The notes below the pieces were generated by a model that was not told the origin of the DNA, searched no databases, and saw only the letters and a program-made list of their open reading frames with translations. A stretch of 64,000 nt of DNA. It comes from Phoronis australis (lineage: Eukaryota > Animalia > Phoronida). Location: NCBI GenBank assembly GCA_002633005.1, contig NMRA01000503.1, positions 186,001-250,000 of the forward strand, given 5' to 3'. The position numbers were made by a program, and so were the translations under genes. This document shows, piece by piece, positions 54,601-64,000 of this stretch; the first letter of the stretch is position 1, and every line of letters begins with the position of its first letter.

Positions 54601-56315
54601 TGCATTAGGGATATTTCCAGTATTAAAAATTCTTAGTGATCGTTGTGCACATTTCCAATGTTGTGTGGGAAAATGCACACAAATTTCCATTGTCTCAAAA
54701 CGTTTCCTTGGATGAAAGAAATTGCATTTTGTCGCTGTCAACTTGGCTCGTCTTGCACATCTGAAATAGTAGAAGATGATTTTGTGCTCTCACAATAGTG
54801 ATGAGTTGTATGTAGAGTGTTCCCTATTGGTAGACTATAGTTTCTATTTTAATGTTTCAGGACCTGAGTTTGGTGAATAAAACAGCTAAGATACAAATTA
54901 AATTGATTGCTTATGTTATAGTTGAAAAGAAATTGCCAAAGTTACATGTCCTTGCATTCTTTAACAATAATTGGGGCTTTCTGGGGCCCCCGATTAAATC
55001 TTTTCATGTTTGGTGTTAAGAAAATCCTAGGACACATTTTTCTACCCAAATCAGGCACCATGATTCATTTCAACATATTGAATTCTAATTTTAGACGTTT
55101 CATTCGCTAAACTCGGGTTCAGCAACTTAAAGCAATGTATTGTTTCATGTTACAAATATTATGTGGCGATCTTGCAGAGCACAGTGAACAGAGGATAGAC
55201 ATAACACTGAGTGCTGAGGAGATGGACATGTTGAACAATAAGCATGCTCGCCTGGTGTCCACGTATATACGTCAAGAGGACGACTCGCCCAATGGGGTCA
55301 CATTCCTAGGTCGAAGGTACAGAGATAAGGATGACTTCAGTATACAGATGTACAGAGATGAAGTTCAGGTGGGTGGGGTGTCCATGTGGTCTCTGAGCTT
55401 CTGTTTAATGGGGGCAATTCAAGGGTCTCGCCTTTCATCAGGTCGTGTTAAAGTGCTACATGTGAATATTTATATCCAAATGTATTGCTGTTTTACAACC
55501 AAAACTAACTTAAGGTTATCTAGAACTTTACTGACAAGTCTCTGCATTTAGATTCATATCTTTAAGACTTTAGAAATTACTACTGTAAAAGTATGTATTT
55601 TCTGTCAGAAGATATGAAGCCTGTTGAATTTAAATTTTTGACTCTACCAATCTGCCATGAATTAGGTCATGTGACTATGTCCTGTTAGTAAAATTTAGTG
55701 AAACAGAAAGGTACATTGATAGCAACACAACGGTATCAATGACACGGTCAAATTATGTTTGATATAAATGGACCGTTAGTACTGTCTATGTCTTGAATTT
55801 CCAGCAAAGTTTTTAATTTTGTCTCAAGTTTATGTTGCAAGTGTAAACACGATCGTAGTGACAAATCCTCAAATGAGTTTTAATTATTATTATCAATGGT
55901 TAGATCTCACCGATTTTGGATAAAATTAATTGCCAAAATCAATATTTTTGGAACATTATGTGATGGTGGTTTTAGAAGAGAGCATAAAAATGATGAAGCA
56001 AGTGTTTGCTTATGAAAAAATAATTTTTCCTCTGTGTGACAGCGTTACAGTTATCACAAACTCATTTAGGAATATCCAAACTCGGACTAATTGTCTGTTA
56101 TAGTTAAACTGGTCTTTCTAAAGCAACTAAGTTACAAGGAAAAGGCCAAATGGCTGACCCTTTTGTGCTTACAGCAATGGAGTGAGGAATTGGAAAACCA
56201 ACGGAGACTTAATGAAGAGACACTCCAGCGATGGCAGCAAAACAACATCAATGAACGAGACACATTTGAAGACTCCGTCTTATCATTTGTTTTGAGTGAC
56301 AACCGTATTGTTTAG
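30635..56315 (+). CDS. TPCN1: Two-pore channel, TPC1-type (~827 aa, 23 coding exons; first exon is inferred)
   Basis: Exons 30635-30743 (candidate), 33387-33745, 34155-34268, 35401-35531, 38020-38108, 38664-38698, 39166-39224, 40094-40193, 41132-41248, 43523-43586, 44830-44939, 45858-45918, 46513-46557, 47118-47234, 47694-47766, 48522-48626, 49206-49277, 50474-50563, 51478-51575, 52177-52223, 52958-53114, 55178-55368, 56175-56315. Motifs [25 protein letters not shown], filter [16 protein letters not shown], filter [25 protein letters not shown]. Confidence 0.95.
31137..31192. mobile_element. 56-bp internally deleted derivative of the 22379-23070 element
   Basis: ta|ggcaacacgtagcccctcggttg ... 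ggcattcagggcgatgtaattgcc|ta. Confidence 0.7.
31619..32110. mobile_element. Foldback/MITE with ~120-130-bp inverted arms in TPC intron 1
   Basis: 31619-31748 (gtcctcagcttctga ... actcaataaatttacaca) is the reverse complement of 31991-32110, with small indels. Confidence 0.8.
39312..43117 (+). repeat. Direct duplication (39312-41412 and 41414-43117) joined at a single N, including two TPC exons; probably two alleles assembled in tandem
   Basis: Copies abut at n41413. The duplicate exons are 41831-41930 and 42837-42953. Confidence 0.9.
40551..40648 (+). repeat. ~48-bp tandem duplication, single copy in the other haplotype copy (~42288-42337)
   Basis: ataatcccaggttttgtcccctgcataggcccatgtgttaatttgcat x2. 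Confidence 0.85.
52812..53001 (+). repeat. 67-bp tandem triplication spanning a TPC intron/exon boundary
   Basis: Unit ctttcattgcaggatggatatgca...gtatcagaatggagccgactctactt. Acceptor positions: 52823 (AG lost), 52890, 52957. Confidence 0.9.
53308..53466. repeat. Degenerate inverted repeat (probable old MITE)
   Basis: caacttgggtgtcc..agttattagtag (53308-53338) versus ctactaaaact..gaacactcaagtt (53437-53465). Confidence 0.5.
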
Positions 56316-56321
56316 ATGTCT

Positions 56322-56402
56322 GACAACTCGTCTGCTATTTAGGACAACTCGTCTGCTATTTAGGACAGCTCGTCTGCTATTTAGGACAGCTCGTCTGCTA
56401 TT
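56322..56402 (+). repeat. 21-bp tandem repeat x~4 just after the TPC stop codon
   Basis: Unit gacaactcgtctgctatttag. Confidence 0.9.
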
Positions 56403-58019
56403 TTAGTCTAAATTGCCAGAACATTCCTGGTTGTCCGCAAACAGTGCATGCACACACACACAGAAGTTAGAGGGTGCTCTTTAAAAGCTCGAACAACTGT
56501 ATGTGTGCTCAAGCGACCGTCTGCGTTCAAAATATTTGAGTGTGTGAAAGGACATCCACATTTGTTTAGATGGTGCTACATTAGAAATCTCCAGTACATA
56601 GCAATACGGTATTAGAGATTCAATAGAATTTGAAGTTCATTGAAACTAAGCTGTTTATCTATGCATCTTCAATACGTAAAAGCCAAAAGTACTCGGACAA
56701 AAATGACGTGGAACTCCCGTCACGGCGGCTTGGCACAATCCGAACTCATTATCAAAGGAGTAAGATGGCTAAGCTGTTTTGTAATTAAAATTTTGCTGCC
56801 TAATAGTTATTATCAGTCATTTTTGCTGTTAACAGAATTAAACGTCATGACAGGGAAATGGTATTTTGTCTGGTTACTTTTGTCTTGTGTAGATAGCTAG
56901 TATTTATTATCGGAGAGCTCCTCTGTTGTCAGTTAAGACCAGCTAGAAACAGTCATCTCCCATTTGGTGCACAATATGGCTAACAGAAAAATTACAAAAT
57001 ATCTCAACAAAAATAAGAATTAGGATTCCTTACTAATTAGAAGGATTTGAAATGTAGTGCTGTCATAAAACTTCACAAAAAATAATAAGGTAATAAGGTA
57101 TGTTAAAGTATCGCCACTTCTGAAAAATAATTGCCAAAACTGGTCTTATGTTTTTCAGAGGATTTTTACATTGTTATGAATACCCTCAATTTCTCAAAAG
57201 TGATGACAGCCATGGTATAGATCTTTAAAAATAATATGTCATTTATTTGGTGCTACCTATCTTTTATGAAAGGAACTGACAATAACATTTCAACTGTTAG
57301 CAATATCATGTTCAAAGTTAGTGAGATTTCCTTTGATGTATAGAAATACGATTTTGGCAATTGTTTATTTGAATGGTTATCATACCCATCGGACTGATGG
57401 CCAAAACTCTTGATTTCTAGATTGTGTTCTAGCTTTGTTGATTTTGCAGATAATCTAAAACTGGGCATAGCTGGTGTTTCTGTACTTAAGCGATAATAAT
57501 GTTAAAACAACCCCTTGTTTTGGTTAAAAATTGAATGAAAAGTTTTGATCAACAATGGCAATTATTGTTGTGTTTGAATGTGCGATTGTTGGGTTTTCCT
57601 TTGAAATTAAACATAACCTTTTCTTGCCCGTTTTTTGTGTTGGGCTTTTTTGAGTGAGGTGCTTGCTTCAAATTGTCTGCGTTGTAACTGTTGAGTGTAT
57701 TAATGATTGCAACATGTGTAGCAGATGTATTTTGCCGCCAATAACTTGCCAGCATTAAGCTACATTTAGTTAGTTTATTTGCAGTTTGCCTTAAAACTGT
57801 TGTACCTCAATTGGTGACTCCACAGCATGGAGTTTTCAGTTGTATGAGGTAGCACCGTCATTGCTTTTTTATTTACTGCTACCTGAGTTTTATGCAAAAA
57901 GCCCCTGAAGGTGTGTGTGTTTGCGTGTGTGTGTGTGTGCGTTTGTGCATGCGTATATAGTTATACATTAAGAAAAGCCTTCTTACATACCATGTGTTGG
58001 TCACATCAGGTGACCTCTA

Positions 58020-58092
58020 TCCCGACCGGGGTTCGAACCCAGGACTTTCTGCTAACTGTGCAGATGCTCTAGTCCACTAAACTATCAAGACC
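58020..58092 (-). mobile_element. tRNA-derived SINE head or tRNA pseudogene
   Basis: Minus strand GTCTTGA-TA-GTTTAGTGGACTAGAGC-A-TCTGCACAGTTAGCAGA-AAGT-CCTGGGTTCGAACCCCGG-TCGGGAT folds as a cloverleaf with A and B boxes, but has many G-U pairs and lacks U33. A (TG)n tract lies downstream at ~57912-57948. Confidence 0.65.
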
Positions 58093-60818
58093 AAGTTGAT
58101 TACAAAAATCCAAACAAATTTAACTGAAGGCATCTCACCCAAACTCAGAAGTATATATACACATGCCCCTATATGTATGTATTTAGCAGGTGGCATTTTA
58201 TGTGCCAATTTTCAAAGTTACTAATGTGCCGAAGTGTTCAGCAGTGTCAAATACACACAATGAGCTCAGGTTCTAATTTTTTACTCGAAATGGAACTCGA
58301 AACTATTTTTGACATTTCTCATTCGCACTAGCGCGAACTCACTATGAGTGCATTATTGTGTTCTTGAATATTTTATAGCAAGTGTTCAATCCTTGTTTAC
58401 ATTTGATGAGATTTATGTCATACTTTGGAGTCGTAACTGTTGTAGGAGCATGATATACTCGAACACAAAATTATAAACACTGATCTTGATTTCATACTGA
58501 ATTTGAACATAAACTGACTTATTTTGATTTAGAGTTCGCATGGGTCCACGTGCAATCAATACAAGAACCATTGCTCAAACTAAAAGCTTATGACCAATGG
58601 CATATAGTACCATTCGCTTAACATAAGATTGTAAAGCAGTTTGTCATGAAAGGTATAATGTTGATTGTTTGTTTTTGTAAAACTAGGTAAAGTGTTATGG
58701 TTGAACCATGCCTATTACTTCCCTAAATATGCACCATGACATATTTTTAAAACAAATTCCTTGTGTATGACACTAGGCATCTGGGCTTATTGGTAGAAAT
58801 ATTTGGTATAATTGTTGTGTTTTTGATGAAGTTGAGCAAGTGCCATAAGTTATTTTTGTGTTAGAAGGGTTAAGTTCCCTCGCATACTTAAAGTTATGCC
58901 ACAAGTGTGTTCAACAGCATCAAGCCAGTCACCTTTTGTGAATAGCATTGTGCTTTTTTGTGCCAAGCCAGTATCACTTCAAGATGGCATATTGTCTGGA
59001 TCATGAAGTCAAAATCACAGTTATGATGACGATTCCCAATTTTTGGCTCATTTTACCAGGCAGTTTTACAACTGAATACTTTTGACTGTGATAATTTATG
59101 TCTCAACAGTTCAGGCGAGCAATAAATATTTCAGTCACATCAAAAATTTGTTTTATTGCATATTTTGCAATCTGATTATGATGAGAGCTACCATGCATTT
59201 CCAGGTGGGAGCATAGTTCAGACTTAAGATGTGATTCATTCAGCTGATCATGATTTTTGAACCGAACTCTGAAGTCTGAGTAGGCTACCACTGGAGGATA
59301 GGGTAGTGCTAAGATGATCATCTTGTGTTTGTTGTGAATAAATAACGTGATTACAAGGTTGATTTCTTAATAGTAGTTGCTGGTTACATCCATTACTGTG
59401 ACTGTGACTGGCTATAATAAAGTCTTGTTTTTGAAGCTTGTCAGTCCTTGTTTATAAAAGTATGGCGGGCAATTCCAAGGGACTTTCCAAATAATTTTGC
59501 ATCGTGTTGTGAATCACTGAATGGGTTCAGTAGGGTGTCTGGCAAGTCAATGATCAAGTAGGCCTATTGAAACTGCCACTCGTGAGTGCTTGTTCGTAAG
59601 ATTGCCATTGAATTTATCTGATTGTGCCCAATACTGATCACTATGTCTATCAAACTTGATTAACACACTTCAGTCATGTCCCTGGTTGGAAGAGTGTTGT
59701 GAATTCTCTTTTCATGGATTTGTGTAGACTGTGGAGACTCATGGAAAGTCTGCAATGCTACACTGACGTTAAATTATTAAATGCAAATTCAGAGGAATAA
59801 GGAAACATATACGTAGAATGACTTTCCTAGCAGGTCTCGGAGTACAAATGCACAACTACTCGCACTTCGATACCTGAAAGCAACTCAAAATCACTCTGAT
59901 TGAAGCCATTTATCACAGAATGCCTCTCTTCAATAATGACTGTGAGAAACCATCCATGGTCCATAAAAATTACTCAGCACAAAAAGTCAATTACGAACCC
60001 TTTCCGAAGCACGTGCAAAGCACTTCAAGCCCTTGTACCATGCCTGTGGCACTTTCTTTTGACTTGCGAGTCTGCCAGGCCGCCCAATGGTAAGATGCAA
60101 TTTTTTGAAGAATCTCAAATACGATGACAAAATACCACCAGATTCCCTTGGAAATGCAACATTATTTTGTATAGCAAGAACCTGCAAACAATTTGAATTA
60201 CAGACCAATGCATGCACTTAACTATAGGCAAACACACTATGAAGAACATAATGAATTAAATGTCTTGCCAGCATCCAGTTTCATAAATGCTCAGATTTTG
60301 AACAGTTTGAGTTATTTAAAATACAGAATTCATTTGTCCAATAAGTCATTTTTAGTCCCTAACATTTAGTGAATTGTACAAACATTTTCCCTTGAAAGGA
60401 TTTTAAGCCATGCAGCAAACTGTATGTTCACAAATGCACAAACTTTTTTGGAAACTGTTTATTGGGCATTACTTGATTCTGACAACAGCACTTTGAAATT
60501 CTGAGAAGCTCGAAATGTTTAAAGCACCAATCCACCAACCTTCAAAGAATAATTTTGACATCTCAAGATATGGGTGTCTTGACATCAAAGCTTGTTGCAT
60601 TGGCACTTTGAACAAGTTTTAAAAGTATTAGCCATATTCAGTCCTGTAAGTGACTTTGGGCCAAGGTCATGAACCTGTGAGGTCACACAGGTGTACAGCA
60701 ACTAATCACCCTGACGCCACAGCGCAACTTAAACCATCATTTACCCTCTAAATGTTACATATTGTCCACAGCCTGCAAGTTCCCCAATGCATTGGCCAAT
60801 TCAAGACACTACCCTCCA

Positions 60819-62944
60819 TCACGAAGACTTCTGACTCTGTTCTTCCCACTGTTTCGGTGTTAGAGTCTTCTGTGAAAAGGCATGTATTGTTTTCAGTTCC
60901 TCTTCCAGGACAGCATTGACTAACCTAGAATGTTCAACAACAGCGTTGAGCACCAGACTTTTGTAGCATTTTGTTATGCATCAGTCTTGTCACCACATAA
61001 TCTTCCATCACAAAAGAAAACCACTTACCATTATGACATAGGTTTCAAATTGCTCCTTAGTCAAACTGGAGGTGATTTAAGAGCTGACAGTTTAGGCTCT
61101 ACACTGCACTGGGCATGGTCTCCGGGAATAAGAACCCTCAAAAATCACTTCTCATATAAATAAGGAACAAATTGAGACAAATTTTATGAAGAGATAAATA
61201 AAATTTACTTCTTGGACAGAACTCGGGTTAACAACCACTTGAATTAGTGTACACATGCAGTTGAAAACAGATGGTAAAGAGATACAACGACAAAATGTTG
61301 TGAAAAACTTGTATCAAAAAATCTGCACAAAAATCTGCAACTGACCAATGAACAGATATGACATCACAAAAACAAATAAAAATTCACAACAGTTCAAGAA
61401 AAATCACTAACGAAAAGTGAAAAAGACAAACACCTTGCTCCTTATCTACCAAGTAGTCCATTACCTGTGTCTCTGAAGCAGTGGTTTTCCTTCAAATTTA
61501 CTTGACACAACAATGACAGCAAACTTAGCACCACAACCATCCGACTGGTCCACAACTTGCTGTAACAGAATACAAACACGTTTTAAATGTTCAGCAAAAA
61601 TCACTTTGACAAGGTTCAAATTTGCCATAGTGGCCGAACTACCCCATAGACGTATTAGGCATGGAACGGAGAGGGCAAAAATTCCAAAAAATTTGGGCAA
61701 AACAAGAAAAAAATTGGACAGCGGAGCATCCACTAGAAAAATATGGGAAACATAAATACAGTTAAGAAGGGCGAAATCTGAGGTATTGGGAAAGGGGTGG
61801 AACAGGTGACGACAGGAGACTGGAAACACTTGGCGACTGGAGGAAGGTTGAAATCGGTGACGATCAGGAGTGGGGTTGAATTCTCCTACAACTTACAGCA
61901 TGCCCGTTAAAGTCAAATAGATGGGTCCCTTTTCAAAATGGCTGCCGGGCACCAGTTTTCACTCAATAAGTCATTGCCCCTTGCAGTTGTTCTTCAGTGG
62001 AAACTGGTTCAGACGCCCATGACTACTCCTACATATTACGTTGAAGAAAGCTCAGAAATTGTTTACAATAAGACAACATTGACCTCCACGCCTGATTTTG
62101 GTATTGTTCGATCATTTTCATTCCAAAAATGTATGAATGTGTCCTCTACTGTGTTTCCTCACTATTTATCGTCAAAATTCTGTTCCCACTATTTCCCGGT
62201 TGACACTACCACAATCACTCAACTCAATATTAAAGCGACACCTGTTGATAATGAAAGGAACAGCATAATCATTTCTGAATGGTGTTTGCCTGTGAGATTC
62301 CCCCTTATGTTTTCTGAGATAACATGAAGCAATTAACAAGGGGCAGCATTTTTTCCAAAATTTTTAGAATTGTGATCATTCGCTGAACTGATACCCTTTT
62401 CATAAATTTACACCACGAAAACAACCCCTTCTTCGTGTATTCTTGCTAGAGAATGCATACCAGGGTTACAATAGGAATTCGCATCCTTAGTCTTGGGATT
62501 GTAGCTCGGGCCCGCGATCAACTGGTCTCGGTCAGTTTGAACTTATGAAGAGCGACGCCCTCCAGAATGTAGGTGTCAGTAAATTAGTTCAGTTCTTGGC
62601 TGTTAGATGACTCCTTCCATTCAACATGGCGATATCACTACTGGGAAATAGTGCGAGCTGAAATTTGACGATAGTAAGAGGTCAAGGGAACGGGGTAGAA
62701 GACTGTTTTGTGTATTTTTGGGAGACAACGATGTGAGGAATCGAACGATACCAAAATCATATGTGTAGGTCAATGTCGTCATGTTGTACACAATTACTGA
62801 AAGCTCCCCCTCTCGATCTCCAGACCACCCAGAAACTGTGCCTGTTGAAAACATTTCGACTTATTGTTTTGTCCGCACCACTTCATTTGCTTCCAGTTCC
62901 TTGGTTAACTTTTCTTTGATGTACTCAGTACTGTATCCAGACAT
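60819..62944 (-). CDS. BOLA2: BolA-like protein 2 (88 aa, 3 exons)
   Basis: Exons 62944-62879, 61559-61465, 60924-60819: MSGYSTEYIKEKLTKELEANEV|QVVDQSDGCGAKFAVIVVSSKFEGKPLLQRHR|LVNAVLEEELKTIHAFSQKTLTPKQWEEQSQKSS*. FEGKPLLQRHRLVN and IHAFxQKTLTP are BOLA2 hallmarks. Confidence 0.95.
62047..62805. mobile_element. Diverged inverted-repeat element (~160-bp arms) in BOLA2 intron 1
   Basis: 62047-62205 aligns with the reverse complement of 62636-62805 (gacaacattgacct..tgattttggtattgttcgat..tatcgtcaaa..cactatttccc). This explains the similarity between ORFs 61938+ and 62854-. Confidence 0.75.
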
Positions 62945-63328
62945 ATTTTACGTGTTAAAAGTTCTACGCGAGAGAAGTTCTTCAAAACATAAATTTTCGG
63001 AGAAACGACTTTAGTTTCACTTTCAACAGCGTTCACCGGGCACCTGCTCTCCAATCAAGCTTTCCAAGGAGGCAACCATGTTATAGTTTGATTTACTTAA
63101 AACAGAAACAGCAAAACATTTTAAACAGGTTACATAAACTGATGAATTCGGTTTTCAATAACTTCTGTATTTCAATAAACTACATATCATTCGTTATTTC
63201 AATTATTTGAATCAAAACAACAAAACGTATCTTGTTCCATTTAGTCTAGTTCCATTTTTGTGAGCAAAAACTGTAGTGAACGCATGCGTATTGTCGACTT
63301 CCGACGTAAACATGAGTTGTGAGCTGGC
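62945..63328. promoter_or_regulatory. Probable bidirectional promoter BOLA2/SelO-like
   Basis: 384 bp between divergent ATGs. NRF1-like CGCATGCG at 63281-63288 and ETS-like ACTTCCG near 63297. Confidence 0.55.
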
Positions 63329-63915
63329 ATGTCGATGTGTATTCAGTTGTCGCTCTTTGCATTGTTAATCATAATTTTACTCGTAAAATGTGTCGCAGTA
63401 TGCTCCAGTGAATGCACTGACGCCTCATGTGGAAATAGGTATCTTTCACATTTCGTTTCAACGCTTAAAAATCGCAAATACTGTCCTCTTGATGAAGGCA
63501 GCCAACGCCAATGTGATTGTGATAGTGAATGGTTGGGGACAGGACTTCACCCTTTTAAAAAGTATACGACCTGGAAGTTGTCTGAGCAGTTGCTACTTCG
63601 GGAATTCCCTGTCGATACTGTGAAAGAAAACTATGTCAGAACTGTGTCGAATGCGTTGTTTTCTGCAGTAAACCCTATTCCATTTAAATCTCGCCCAGTA
63701 TTAGTTGCTTACTCGGCAGATGTTTTAACAAAAATTTTAGATTTGGATATAGAGAGTACAGTGACATCTACTGAATGGCTAGATATAGTCAGTGGGACTA
63801 TCACTGTGCCTGGATCTATCCCACTGGCCCATCGCTATGGAGGTCACCAATTTGGGGTGTGGGCTAGTCAGCTTGGAGATGGGAGAGCAGTAATGATTGG
63901 TGAATACTTAAACAG
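63329..63915 (+). CDS. SelO/YdiU-family protein adenylyltransferase (pseudokinase), first exon, with N-terminal hydrophobic signal-like peptide; continues past the right edge
   Basis: Contains [22 protein letters not shown] (SelO YxGHQFG..QLGDGR motif). Donor AG|GTAAT at 63915/63916. Orthology to canonical SELENOO versus a paralog is not resolved. Confidence 0.92.
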
Positions 63916-64000
63916 GTAATATTGTAATAATTCAAATTAAAAAGTACACATTTGTTGCCATCTGAGTTTTTGTACCGTATCAGTAGTTGCAAGTAGTGGT

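Noticed and set aside
56322-56402. CRISPR-like array among the short repeats
   Set aside because: Eukaryotic DNA; units are contiguous with no unique spacers and no cas genes.
58020-58092. Functional tRNA-Thr(AGT)
   Set aside because: Non-canonical anticodon loop (no U33, no purine 37), many G-U pairs, and an adjacent microsatellite; a SINE head is more likely.
61938-62854. Two mutually similar ORFs on opposite strands
   Set aside because: The similarity comes from the arms of an inverted-repeat element, not from paralogous genes.
36-63915. U12-type introns or Sec recoding
   Set aside because: All assembled introns are GT-AG without the GTATCCT donor, and there is no in-frame TGA in any model. 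The SelO C-terminus and any SECIS lie outside the window.

Overview
AT-rich, intron-rich genomic DNA from an invertebrate animal; the species cannot be assigned from sequence alone. Manual exon assembly (GT-AG sites, phase-compatible) gives seven protein-coding genes: UBE3B (-, 5' part, runs off the left edge), SBDS (+), DCTPP1 (+), IQCD/DRC10 (-), a TPC1-type two-pore channel (+, 23 exons), BOLA2 (-) and the first exon of a SelO-family pseudokinase (+, runs off the right edge). Six of them form three compact head-to-head pairs. Introns hold many non-autonomous DNA transposons, tRNA-derived SINE heads and tandem repeats. Two apparent exon duplications sit on single-N joins and are probably both alleles assembled in tandem. 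The best leads are a SelO paralog with a secretory-type signal peptide and Cys-rich leader, a triplicated TPC splice acceptor creating a stop-codon decoy, two candidate TPC first exons, an extra S4 gating arginine, IQCD-TPC1 head-to-head linkage shared with human, and an unexplained structured island at 19.5-19.8 kb. Gene identities rest on recalled protein motifs; no database search was run.
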